Below are positions 9,692 through 19,051 of a DNA stretch of 64,000 nt, in pieces. Every line of letters starts with the position of its first letter. The stretch's first letter is position 1. The position numbers and the translations under genes are program-made. Source of the stretch: Candidatus Dadabacteria bacterium. GTDB taxonomy: Bacteria; Desulfobacterota_D; UBA1144; Nemesobacterales; Nemesobacteraceae. Under the pieces are notes generated by a model. It was not told the DNA's origin. It worked only from the letters and a program-made list of their open reading frames with translations, and ran no database searches. The stretch is from contig JAJECI010000007.1 of NCBI GenBank assembly GCA_022822065.1, positions 134,346 to 198,345 of the forward strand, given 5' to 3'.

Positions 9692-10537
9692 ATGGCAAGG
9701 CCATTAAGACCGGAATACGCGGGGGCCGTCTATTACGTCTCCTCAGTCGGAAACAGGGGGCAGAGCGTCTTTCAGAACTCAGATGACGGCAATGCATGGA
9801 TAGAAATCCTCGAGGGGGTATGCGGAAGGTTCAGATGCCGCTGCTTTGGTTACTGCCTCATGTCCGACGGATACCATCTGGTCATCGAAACCCCCAAGCC
9901 TAACCTCTCAAAAGCCATAAGACAGCTAAACGGCGTTTACACCCAGCGCTCAAACAGGCTGCACGACACAGACGGCCACGTTTTCCGGGGAAGATACAAA
10001 TCCATAGTTGTCCAGAGGGAAAAATATCTTCTGCCGCTTATGGCCCATATTTTTCTTCTCCCTCTTCGAGCCGGGTTCGTAAAACATCCCAACCAGTTCA
10101 AATGGAGCAGTTGCAGGTATCTCTACGGAAAAGATGAAGCGCCAGGATACGTAGACCTCGAATGGTTCTCAGAAGGTTTCTCTTCGGATACAAGCACTTT
10201 TGATGAGTTTCTGGAAGAGAACAGTTCGCGCGACGTAATCTCGGAAGCCCGAAAGCAGATATATCTCGGCGATGATGAATTCATAGAGCTTGTGCAGGAA
10301 AAAACAAAAGGGAGTTCGCGGTCAAAGGATATTCCCAGGTATCAGCTCACAAAACCCTTACCGGGCATGATAAACGGCTTCATGCAAAATGGACACTCAA
10401 GGGAGGAAGCAATAGCGAAAACCTACCTTACGGGGGACTACACGCTGAGAGAGGTCGCCGCCGCGGTTTCAGTTCACTACTCGGTTGTGAGCAAGATCGT
10501 AAGCGAATACGAGAAAATCTCTTCCCGCTCCCAGTAA
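9692..10537 (+). CDS. Y1 HUH transposase homolog (IS200/IS605 TnpA / RayT-like) fused to a C-terminal DnaA domain IV-like HTH
   Basis: HUH-like GYHLVIET and catalytic Tyr context GHVFRGRYKS; C-terminal ...YTLREVAAAVSVHYSVVSKIV resembles DnaA_C. Confidence 0.65.
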   Translation: MARPLRPEYAGAVYYVSSVGNRGQSVFQNSDDGNAWIEILEGVCGRFRCRCFGYCLMSDGYHLVIETPKPNLSKAIRQLNGVYTQRSNRLHDTDGHVFRGRYKSIVVQREKYLLPLMAHIFLLPLRAGFVKHPNQFKWSSCRYLYGKDEAPGYVDLEWFSEGFSSDTSTFDEFLEENSSRDVISEARKQIYLGDDEFIELVQEKTKGSSRSKDIPRYQLTKPLPGMINGFMQNGHSREEAIAKTYLTGDYTLREVAAAVSVHYSVVSKIVSEYEKISSRSQ

Positions 10538-10543
10538 AAACCC

Positions 10544-12343
10544 TCAGCCGAGTCCGGACTGCTCGGCGAGTTCCTCGACCTCGTCCACCATCGCACCTAT
10601 CACGTCAAGTCCCCTCTGCCAGAAACCGGGGTCGTTTATATCCACCCCGACTCGGGAGAGAAGTTCCGCGGGCGAAGCGCTTCCCCCGGACTGAAGAAGC
10701 CCCATGTAATCGGGCACGAAAGACTTTCCCCGTTCCAAGAACATTCCGTAAAGAGCTAGGGTTAGCAGCTCACCGAAGGAGTACGCATAGCAGTAAAAGG
10801 GAGAGTGTATGAAATGGGGAATGTAAAGCCACCAGTAAGAGTAGTTTTCGGTCAGGGTAACGGAATCTCCGAACATTTCTCGGTTAGCCTCGATCCAAAG
10901 CTCGCTTATTCTTGCGGTCGTAAGCTCCCCCTGATCTCTTCTTTCGCGGTGCAGGCTCTGCTCGAACCTTGTAAGCACCGCCTGTCTGAAGACCGTGGCC
11001 ATTATGTCCTCGAGTTTTTCCGCTACCAGAACCAGCCTGCCTTCGCTTCGCGTTTCTTCCTCCTTGAGACGGTGAAACACGAGCATCTCCGCAAAGACGC
11101 TTGCGGTCTCGGCCGTGGTAAGGGGCGTGTGGGCCTGGAAATAACCCTGCCGCCTCGAAAGATACTGGTGCACGCCGTGGCCAAGCTCGTGAGCCAGAAC
11201 CATCACGTCTCTCGGCTTTCCGGTGTAGTTCATAAAAACATAGGGATGCACGCCGGGAACCGTACCGTGGCTGAAAGCACCCCCTCTTTTCCCGTCCCGA
11301 AGCTCGGCGTCTATCCAGTTTTTCTCGAAGAACAAAGACGCGGTCTTTTTCATCTTGGGTGAAAATTCACCGAATGAAGAAAGCACGATTTCCTCTGCCC
11401 TGTCCCATGGGACCGGCTCCCTTTCCGAACCAAGGGGAGCGTAGCGGTCGTAGTCGTAGAATGTGCGGTACCCGAGAAGTCTTCCCTTGAGCCCGTAGTA
11501 GCGGCTTACGAATCCGAAGTTTCGCTCGCACGATTCAAGCAGAGCCTCAACGGCACCGTGGGATATCTCGTTGCTTAGGTGACGTGCCGACATGGGGTCC
11601 TCGTAGCTTCTAAGCCTGTCGTTTATCGAGTGGTCGTTTACAAGCGTGTTGAATACGTAGGTAAGTACGTGGGAATTCTCCTTAAGTCCCCTTGTGAGAC
11701 CGGACCAAGCCGCCTTTCTTTTCTTCCTGTCCGGGTCGTAAAGAAGCGAGAGGGTACGGGACTGGTTCAGCCTTTCGGTCTTGCCCGAGAGCCTCACACG
11801 AAACTGGATATTATTCACGACCTCGTCAAAAAGCCTTGAAAACGCCCTTTGGCCGGTGTTTGATTTCTCCTGAAGTATTTTCTCCTCAGGCTCCGAGAGA
11901 GTGTGGTCTCTGTACTGTCTTTCCTGCTCGAGAAAATGCCTGTACTCCGAAAGTTTCGGGTTGTTAAGAAGTTTCTTCGCTCTTTTCTTCGGAACCGAGA
12001 CCCATTCAACGTAAAAGAAAATAAGCTTTTTCTGAACTTCCGTCGCCTTCTGCTGCATTGACGAACGAAAGGCGCCGTTTTTGGGATCCCGCGTGTCGGC
12101 CGCAAAAACAAGGTGAGCGAAGGAAAGTATCTTTCCGATTCCTTCCGACAAGCGCTCAAGCTCCCTTACCGCTTCCGCGAGCTTCCCCGAGGTAAGCGAA
12201 GGAGATTTTATCTTCCCCCTGTACTTTTTTTCAAACCTGTCGGCACGCGCCGATATCCTCTTGAAATCCTTCTCCACGCGCAGGTCGGAAATCCCTTCGT
12301 AAAGGTCTGAGAGATCCCATTTTATGTTTTTCGCTTTCGCCAT
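10544..12343 (-). CDS. pepF: oligoendopeptidase F (M3B metallopeptidase)
   Basis: 599 aa, HELGHGVH zinc motif. Confidence 0.85.
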   Translation of the reverse strand: MAKAKNIKWDLSDLYEGISDLRVEKDFKRISARADRFEKKYRGKIKSPSLTSGKLAEAVRELERLSEGIGKILSFAHLVFAADTRDPKNGAFRSSMQQKATEVQKKLIFFYVEWVSVPKKRAKKLLNNPKLSEYRHFLEQERQYRDHTLSEPEEKILQEKSNTGQRAFSRLFDEVVNNIQFRVRLSGKTERLNQSRTLSLLYDPDRKKRKAAWSGLTRGLKENSHVLTYVFNTLVNDHSINDRLRSYEDPMSARHLSNEISHGAVEALLESCERNFGFVSRYYGLKGRLLGYRTFYDYDRYAPLGSEREPVPWDRAEEIVLSSFGEFSPKMKKTASLFFEKNWIDAELRDGKRGGAFSHGTVPGVHPYVFMNYTGKPRDVMVLAHELGHGVHQYLSRRQGYFQAHTPLTTAETASVFAEMLVFHRLKEEETRSEGRLVLVAEKLEDIMATVFRQAVLTRFEQSLHRERRDQGELTTARISELWIEANREMFGDSVTLTENYSYWWLYIPHFIHSPFYCYAYSFGELLTLALYGMFLERGKSFVPDYMGLLQSGGSASPAELLSRVGVDINDPGFWQRGLDVIGAMVDEVEELAEQSGLG

Positions 12344-12382
12344 GTCCGTCTCCGTAGCCCTTTGTCGTGAGCAAGAATAAAG

Positions 12383-12928
12383 TCACTCCTGAAGCAGGTA
12401 TATATCCTCAAGCAATCTTCCCTTTTCCATGTAATCCATTCCGTAGCCCACAAGGAATCCCTCATTTACTCTAAAACCCACATAATTAGGTTCCGGACCC
12501 CCTGCGTCTTTTCCCCTTTTGTCTACAAGCGCGCATATCCGGAGCGAACCCGGGTTTTTCGACTCCACGTGGCGCAGGACAAATTCTGCCGTCTTTGAGG
12601 TATCGATTATATCTTCAATTATTATAACGTCCCGGCCCTCCACGTCGCATTCAATGTCCGCCAGAAGCTCTAGGTGCCCCGGTCGTGTCGCCTTTCTGTA
12701 GCTTGAGGCCCTGAGAAACTGCTTTTCGACCGTAACGGTCACCTGCGCCAGAAGATCCTCAAAAAAGGGGCGCGCTCCCTTGAGAACGCAGACCGCAACG
12801 GGATTTTTTCCCTCGTAGTCCCCCGAAATTTGCTTGGCGAGCCTCGAAACGGCGGTTTTTATATCGTCTTTTGAGAGAAACTTTTTAAGTGCAACGCCTT
12901 CCAGGATTTCGGTTTCTTCAGTCAGGAT
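12383..12928 (-). CDS. hpt: hypoxanthine phosphoribosyltransferase; non-ATG start (ATC at 12928 or CTG at 12925) 6-9 nt after AGGAGGAG, overlapping the folK stop
   Basis: ORF-track Met at 12742 is internal. Frame stays open upstream and encodes the conserved HPRT N-terminus (LKKFLSKDDIKTAVSRLAKQISGDYEGKNPVAVCVLKGARPFFEDL). PRPP motif VIIIEDIIDTSKT. Confidence 0.75.
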   Translation of the reverse strand: MLTEETEILEGVALKKFLSKDDIKTAVSRLAKQISGDYEGKNPVAVCVLKGARPFFEDLLAQVTVTVEKQFLRASSYRKATRPGHLELLADIECDVEGRDVIIIEDIIDTSKTAEFVLRHVESKNPGSLRICALVDKRGKDAGGPEPNYVGFRVNEGFLVGYGMDYMEKGRLLEDIYLLQE

Positions 12929-13328
12929 CCCGCTCCTCCTTCAACGTTTTTTCAAGTTCAGGACAAAGTTCGATCACGGAGCGGCGAAGAAATTCCCGCT
13001 CGTAAACATCAGAATCGGCAATCTGCCCGTTCCACACGAGTATATCCAGGTCAATTTTTCTCGGGCCGTAGCGATCCTCCCCGGCACCTCTTCCAAGGGC
13101 AACCTCCACTCCCTTGAGCAAAGTTTTCAGCTGCTTACGGCCAAGACGGGTTTCTATCAGCAAGGAACCGTTTAGAAAATCCTTCTGCTCCCGGGATCCT
13201 ATGGGCTTGGTTCTCACGAATTTCGATTCCCCGAGAACACTGAGTTTCTCCCCGAGCATTCGTTTGGCGACGCTTACGTTCCTTTCGGCATCTATGTTTG
13301 AACCGACTCCGATAATGACCGTATTCAT
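12918..13328 (-). CDS. folK: 2-amino-4-hydroxy-6-hydroxymethyldihydropteridine pyrophosphokinase (HPPK)
   Basis: MNTVIIGVGSNI...DLDIL HPPK pattern; AAGGAGAAG RBS before ATG 13328. Confidence 0.85.
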   Translation of the reverse strand: MNTVIIGVGSNIDAERNVSVAKRMLGEKLSVLGESKFVRTKPIGSREQKDFLNGSLLIETRLGRKQLKTLLKGVEVALGRGAGEDRYGPRKIDLDILVWNGQIADSDVYEREFLRRSVIELCPELEKTLKEERDPD

Positions 13329-13535
13329 GCCCTGACAACTTCTCCTTGCGCCGACAAACCGGTCCCCAGACCACACAAGACCAAACTTCTCTCAGCCACC
13401 TGAGCCGACATCCGCGCCTAATCGGAACCGTATTTTACATTTAGACAACTGAATGTTAAACATGGTTTAAAAAACCGCGGGAAAGTCTTCCGCTCGACGC
13501 CTTCGAGAGAACCAGCAAGACGGTATCCGTCCCGC

Positions 13536-13883
13536 CTACCTTTCTCTCGCTTCGGTCACTGAAACGGAATCGGCAAAGCGAAGCGCCCCGGGTTTCTCCA
13601 CTTTCACCGACGCCCACCTCACCGCCGGATCCTCAAAAATTATATCGCATATGCCCCCGGCGACCCTCTCAAGCAGGTTAAAATCGTTTGTCTCCACAAA
13701 GCTTATGATCTTTTTGTTTATGGCCTTGTAGTCCAAAGTATCGTCTATGCTGTCGCTCTCGGCCGCCTTGCGTCCGTCAAAATCGATGGTGACGTTTATG
13801 ACCAGGTCTTGGGGGTTCTCCTTCTCCCAGTCATAAACCCCTATTATCGTGCGAAGTCTCAGGTTTTCGATTTTTATTATCAT
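13536..13883 (-). CDS. folB: dihydroneopterin aldolase
   Basis: 115 aa, conserved FolB pattern (IIGVYDWEK...VKVEKP). Confidence 0.85.
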   Translation of the reverse strand: MIIKIENLRLRTIIGVYDWEKENPQDLVINVTIDFDGRKAAESDSIDDTLDYKAINKKIISFVETNDFNLLERVAGGICDIIFEDPAVRWASVKVEKPGALRFADSVSVTEARER

Positions 13884-13887
13884 CTTA

Positions 13888-14601
13888 TCAGGTAAGGCTC
13901 ATGCCTCCGTCAACGAAAAGACACTCTCCGGTGACGTAATTGTTCTCCAGAAGATAGTTAAACGCGTTAATTATATCCTCAACAGAGCCCGGACGCTTCA
14001 TCGGAGCTCCCTGCGCCATCTTGTGAAGATAGTCATCCCCGAACCCCGGGGGAGCGAGAACGGCTCCGGGGCAAACGGCGTTCACCCGAAAATCGGGAGC
14101 GAGTTCCCTCGCAAGCATTTTCGTCAAGTGGTAAAGGCATTTCTTGCTCAGGTTGTAGCAGAAATGCTCAACGGGATTTCTTCTGACTCTCGTGTCAAGG
14201 AAATTAACGATAAGCCCCCCGCTTGTCTCGGCGGAAAAAGACTGGGAGAGAAAAAAAGGGGCCTTGAAGTTTATAGACATATCGGTTTCAAGAAATTCGG
14301 GAGTCACGTCACGGAATCCGACGTTCTCGAAAACCGAGGCGTTGTTAACGAGAACGCAGAGCCCCCCGAAGCTTTTCGTGACTTCCGGGATGAGCTCCCT
14401 TGTGTCATCAGGCGACGAAAGGTCGCACCTGAAAAGCTCGCACTCAACGCCGGTACTGAGAATAAGTTCCCTTGTAGCCAGGGCCTCTTTTTCGGAGGAA
14501 TTGTAGTGAAGAGCGATATAGTAGCCCTTTCGGGCAAGATTCAGAGATATCTCCTTTCCTATTCTCACCGCCCCGCCTGTAACCAAAGCCGCTTTTTTCA
14601 T
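13888..14601 (-). CDS. pteridine reductase / FolM-like SDR (likely start at MKKAALVTGG, nt 14601)
   Basis: TGGAVRIG (TGxxxRxG variant typical of the PTR1/FolM branch) and YNLSK catalytic motif; immediately upstream of folB-folK. Confidence 0.7.
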   Translation of the reverse strand: MKKAALVTGGAVRIGKEISLNLARKGYYIALHYNSSEKEALATRELILSTGVECELFRCDLSSPDDTRELIPEVTKSFGGLCVLVNNASVFENVGFRDVTPEFLETDMSINFKAPFFLSQSFSAETSGGLIVNFLDTRVRRNPVEHFCYNLSKKCLYHLTKMLARELAPDFRVNAVCPGAVLAPPGFGDDYLHKMAQGAPMKRPGSVEDIINAFNYLLENNYVTGECLFVDGGMSLT

Positions 14602-14789
14602 TTCGCATGGGAAACGGCGGTTTTCATGTCGGACATACCGCAAAAACCGCCTCTGGATATATGTTGATATATTATTCCCATTGTTTATTATAAGTAAATT
14701 TAAAAACGGCCCGCGAAAGCGAAATCCCGGCCGTCGTTTCATATGAATCCGACGCGCGCTGCCGCGGATTTCTCCCCGAGGATAAAGAA

Positions 14790-16784
14790 TTGGAGAACCT
14801 TGTAATCAACTGCATAAGAACTCTCGCGATGGACGCCGTGGAAAAAGCGAAGTCCGGCCATCCGGGAACCCCGATGGCTCTCGCTCCCACGGCTTTCGTA
14901 CTTTTCGACAAGTTCTTAAGGCATAACCCCGAGAACCCGAGTTGGTACAACCGCGACCGCTTTGTCCTTTCCGCCGGTCATGCTTCCATGCTTCTCTACG
15001 CCGCCCTCTACGTAAACGGATACGACATCTCGATTGACGATATAAAAAAATTCCGAAGCCTCCACAGCCGCTGTCCCGGTCACCCTGAACTGGGAATCAC
15101 GGCCGGAGTCGAGACCACGACCGGGCCTCTGGGGCAGGGAGTATCGAATTCGGTCGGAATGGCCATAGCGAGCAAATGGCTTTCGGAGCACTTTAACCGT
15201 CCCGGCTACGACATAATAAATCATCATGTGTATTCAATCTGCAGCGACGGGGACATGATGGAAGGAATTTCCTCAGAAGCCGCATCCATAGCGGGACATC
15301 TGGGGCTCGGAAACCTGATCTGGATATACGACAGCAACAGCATAACAATCGAGGGCAGCACCTCGCTTGCGTATTCCGAGGACACGGAAATGCGGTTCGG
15401 TTCCTACAACTGGCACGTGGAGAAAGTCTCGGACGCAAACAATCTTGGGGAAATTGAAAAAGCCCTCGCGCGCGCGCGGTCCGAAACCGAGAAGCCTTCC
15501 ATTGTCATACTAGAAAGTCAGATAGCCTACGGAAGCCCCAACAAGCAGAACACGTGCGAGGCCCACGGAGCGCCGCTTGGAGAGGAGGAAGTCAGTCTGA
15601 CGAAGGAATTTTACGGATGGGACGCCCCGGGGAACTTTCACATCCCCGAGGAGATCCTTTCCTACAGGGAAGAAGCGACCGCCAGAGGGAACGATGCCGA
15701 AGCGGCCTGGGAGGAGAATTTCAGGAAGTATTCAAACGAATATCCAGAACTTGCTCGCGACTTTGAGATGCTTGATAAAAGGAAGCTGCCTGAGGGATGG
15801 GACAGCGATATTCCGTCTTTTTCCTATCCCGCAGATCCGGTTGCGACCCGTTCCGCAAACTCAAGCATAATTAACGCCATAGGAAAAAAAGTGCCGTGGT
15901 TCATGGGCGGCGCCGCGGATGTTGGCTCTTCGACTAAGACCTATCTTAAGTGTGCGACGAGTTTCTCCGCCGAGGACCGTGAGGGAAGAAACTTTCATTT
16001 TGGAGTCAGGGAACATTCAATGGCCGCGATAGCAAGCGGCATGTGTCTCAGCGGACTCAGAGCATACGCCTCGACCTATTTCGTGTTTGCCGATTACATG
16101 AAACCCTCGATAAGACTTGCGGCGCTGATGAAACTTCCCGTAATTTACATTTTCACTCATGACAGCATAGGAGTCGGCGAGGACGGACCCACTCATCAAC
16201 CCATAGAGCATCTGGCAGCCCTCAGAGTAACACCCAACATCGACGTCATCCGTCCCTGCGACGCAAACGAGCTTGCGATTCTTTGGAAACACGTGATGGG
16301 ACTTTCTGACCGTCCCGCCGCGTTTGTTCTCACAAGACAGAACGTTCCGGTAATAGACAGGGACCGCTACGCCGCGGCCGAGGGAGCGCTCGCGGGCGGT
16401 TATGTACTTGCGGACTCAGACGGCACGCCTGACATCATACTGATATCCACGGGTTCTGAGGTTCACATCTGTCTTGAAGTTTATGAAAAGCTGCGCGGTA
16501 TGGAGAAAAATCCGAGAGTTGTGAGCCTTCCGTGCTGGAGTCTTTTCGAAACTCAGTCCCAGAAGTACAAAGACAGCGTCCTGCCGCCTTCTGTCGGCAC
16601 AAGACTAAGTGTAGAGGCCGGAGCGACGTTCGGATGGGAAAAATTCACGGGACCGGGGCCCGCTGCCAAGGCCTACGGAATAGATTGCTTCGGAGAATCC
16701 GCGCCATACCGCGACGTGATGAACAACTTCGGTTTCAACGCGGACACCATCCTAAAGGAATGCCTCAAGCTGCTTGGTAACTAG
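14790..16784 (+). CDS. tkt: transketolase
   Basis: 664 aa, SGHPG TPP-binding N-terminus, full TKT architecture. Confidence 0.9.
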   Translation: MENLVINCIRTLAMDAVEKAKSGHPGTPMALAPTAFVLFDKFLRHNPENPSWYNRDRFVLSAGHASMLLYAALYVNGYDISIDDIKKFRSLHSRCPGHPELGITAGVETTTGPLGQGVSNSVGMAIASKWLSEHFNRPGYDIINHHVYSICSDGDMMEGISSEAASIAGHLGLGNLIWIYDSNSITIEGSTSLAYSEDTEMRFGSYNWHVEKVSDANNLGEIEKALARARSETEKPSIVILESQIAYGSPNKQNTCEAHGAPLGEEEVSLTKEFYGWDAPGNFHIPEEILSYREEATARGNDAEAAWEENFRKYSNEYPELARDFEMLDKRKLPEGWDSDIPSFSYPADPVATRSANSSIINAIGKKVPWFMGGAADVGSSTKTYLKCATSFSAEDREGRNFHFGVREHSMAAIASGMCLSGLRAYASTYFVFADYMKPSIRLAALMKLPVIYIFTHDSIGVGEDGPTHQPIEHLAALRVTPNIDVIRPCDANELAILWKHVMGLSDRPAAFVLTRQNVPVIDRDRYAAAEGALAGGYVLADSDGTPDIILISTGSEVHICLEVYEKLRGMEKNPRVVSLPCWSLFETQSQKYKDSVLPPSVGTRLSVEAGATFGWEKFTGPGPAAKAYGIDCFGESAPYRDVMNNFGFNADTILKECLKLLGN

Positions 16785-18504
16785 TACCGTGTCTACCGAG
16801 AACAAAACCGGTTCGGAGTCACAAAACTACATCGAATACGCAGGCGATTACGGAAATATAATCCAATCCCAGCTCCTCGAACTTGAGAAAAACCGCTTTG
16901 CCGAAAGATTCTTCGACTATGATCATCTGCTCTGGGCAGATAATCCCTCCGAGATCACGAATCGCCTCGGCTGGGTCCACCTTCCGAAGCAGATGCTCGC
17001 GGTAATAAACGAAATCGATGACTTCTCAGAATCGACAAGAAAAAAAGAGTTTACCGACGTCGTTGTTTTAGGCATGGGGGGCTCAAGTCTCTCCTCCGAG
17101 GTGTTCAGAAACATATTCACCCTCCGCGACGGCTTTTTGCGCCTCACTCTTCTCGACACAACGGATCCCGACTTCATTCTTAAGACCCGGGAGAGCATAG
17201 ATCTTCTGAGAACTCTTTTCGTAGTCTCCTCAAAATCAGGTTCGACCGTGGAAACCGTTTCCCTCATGAAATACTTTTACGGCGAACTCGCGAGAAAAAC
17301 CGGATCCCCGGGAGAACATTTCATCTGCATAACAGACCCCGGTTCAGGACTGATAAAAACGGCTGATGAACATGGCTTTAGCAGGGTGTTTATCAGTGAT
17401 CCGAATGTCGGCGGGAGGTTCAGCGCGCTTTCTTATTTCGGTCTCGTCCCCGCATCCCTCGCGGGAGTCGATATACGCAAGATACTTCAATCGGCCTTTT
17501 CCGTGCTCCTTGAACTTGAAAACTCAGTCGGAGGAAAATACCACGAGAGTCCTTCCTTTCGCCTAGGAACCTTTCTCGGGGTCATGGCCGAACAGGGAAG
17601 AGACAAACTGGGTTTTGTTTTTTCGGAAAAACTTTTTCCTTTCGGTTACTGGGTTGAGCAACTGATCGCCGAAAGTACCGGGAAAAACGGCGTCGGCATC
17701 CTTCCGCTGCTTAATGAAGAGGTCTCGGATTGTCCGCGGCCTGGAGATGACAGGGCATACATTCTTCTTTCCCTGAGGGAAGACAGAACCCTGGATACAG
17801 TCGCCTCGCGCATCAAGAACTCCAAGGTTCCCTTCGTGAAAATAGTAGTTGACAGTCCCGACCAGATAGCCGCAGAACTCTTCCGCTTTGAGTTTGCCGT
17901 CGCACTCGCCGGAAGCATAATGGGGATAAATCCCTTCGACCAGCCCGATGTCGAATCCGCGAAGGCCTTCGCAAGAAGCTTTCTCAAGCTCTACAGAGAA
18001 ACGGGCAAGCTTGAATCCGAAGAACCCGATTTTTCCAAAAACGGACTTGTCTTTTCAAGTAACAGGAACATAGAATCCCTGAGACAGCTAAGAGATATCA
18101 TCTCTTCCAAGAAAAAGGGTTACGTATCGATTCAGGCCTACGTAGACCCCGCAGAAGAGAATTCAAGGGAACTTCTTTCCCTCCGAGCGCAGATCGAAGG
18201 CATATCATCCGTGCCCGTAACCCTGGGTTTCGGTCCAAGGTTTCTCCACTCAACGGGTCAGCTTCACAAAGGAGACTCGGGAGAAGGGTTTTTCATTCAA
18301 ATTGTAAGCGATAGTGAAAACGACCTGCAGATACCTGACGATGTCGGTTCTACAGAATCAGTATTCTCCTTCCAAGTACTCAAAGTGGCTCAGGCCACGG
18401 GAGACTTCAAGTCTCTTGACCAGATGGGAAGGGGCATTGTAAGAATCGGCACTCCGTCTGACGTCTCAGATAGCATACGGAAAATCGCCCGTTTTTTTGT
18501 CTGA
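16774..18504 (+). CDS. pgi: glucose-6-phosphate isomerase
   Basis: 576 aa, SIS-domain motifs (VVLGMGGSSL, CITDPGSG); 11-nt overlap with tkt. Confidence 0.8.
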   Translation: MVTSTVSTENKTGSESQNYIEYAGDYGNIIQSQLLELEKNRFAERFFDYDHLLWADNPSEITNRLGWVHLPKQMLAVINEIDDFSESTRKKEFTDVVVLGMGGSSLSSEVFRNIFTLRDGFLRLTLLDTTDPDFILKTRESIDLLRTLFVVSSKSGSTVETVSLMKYFYGELARKTGSPGEHFICITDPGSGLIKTADEHGFSRVFISDPNVGGRFSALSYFGLVPASLAGVDIRKILQSAFSVLLELENSVGGKYHESPSFRLGTFLGVMAEQGRDKLGFVFSEKLFPFGYWVEQLIAESTGKNGVGILPLLNEEVSDCPRPGDDRAYILLSLREDRTLDTVASRIKNSKVPFVKIVVDSPDQIAAELFRFEFAVALAGSIMGINPFDQPDVESAKAFARSFLKLYRETGKLESEEPDFSKNGLVFSSNRNIESLRQLRDIISSKKKGYVSIQAYVDPAEENSRELLSLRAQIEGISSVPVTLGFGPRFLHSTGQLHKGDSGEGFFIQIVSDSENDLQIPDDVGSTESVFSFQVLKVAQATGDFKSLDQMGRGIVRIGTPSDVSDSIRKIARFFV

Positions 18505-18561
18505 TCCTTTCCCCCGCAAACCCAACTAAGAAGATCGGAAATTATATACTTTGTTCACCGC

Positions 18562-19026
18562 TCAAAGACCTAATTCTTCTACCTTGCTAAGTATCTCTTC
18601 GGCATGGGACGAGAGGTTAACTTTGTTCCAAATATAGGCTATCCTACCACCTTTCTCTATAAGGAAAGTTACCCTGCGAGCGACGAAGGGTAAGAATCTC
18701 CACCTCGCCCCGTACAGATCCACTATCTCCCTTTTTTTGTCGCTCAACAACGGGAAATTGAGTGAAAACTTGTCTCTGAACTTCTCATGGGACTTTACCC
18801 CGTCTGTGCTTACCCCCAATATCTGCACTCCAAGAGACATAAGTTCCTGCTCCGCGTCGCGAAGCGAGCAGGCCTCCATAACACAACCCGTAGTGTTGTC
18901 CCTGGGATAAAAGTAAAGCACCACAGGCCCTTTAGAATAAAAGTCGCTCAACCTTACCTTTTCCGCTCCGTAGGTTTCGGCTTCAAAGTCAGGAGCCTGA
19001 CTTCCTATCTCAAGATTTCTTCCCAT
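18562..19026 (-). CDS. bcp: thiol peroxidase / peroxiredoxin (Bcp type)
   Basis: FYPRDNTTGC peroxidatic Cys motif. Confidence 0.85.
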   Translation of the reverse strand: MGRNLEIGSQAPDFEAETYGAEKVRLSDFYSKGPVVLYFYPRDNTTGCVMEACSLRDAEQELMSLGVQILGVSTDGVKSHEKFRDKFSLNFPLLSDKKREIVDLYGARWRFLPFVARRVTFLIEKGGRIAYIWNKVNLSSHAEEILSKVEELGL

Positions 19027-19051
19027 AATCGTTCCTTCTTTACGGAGAACC

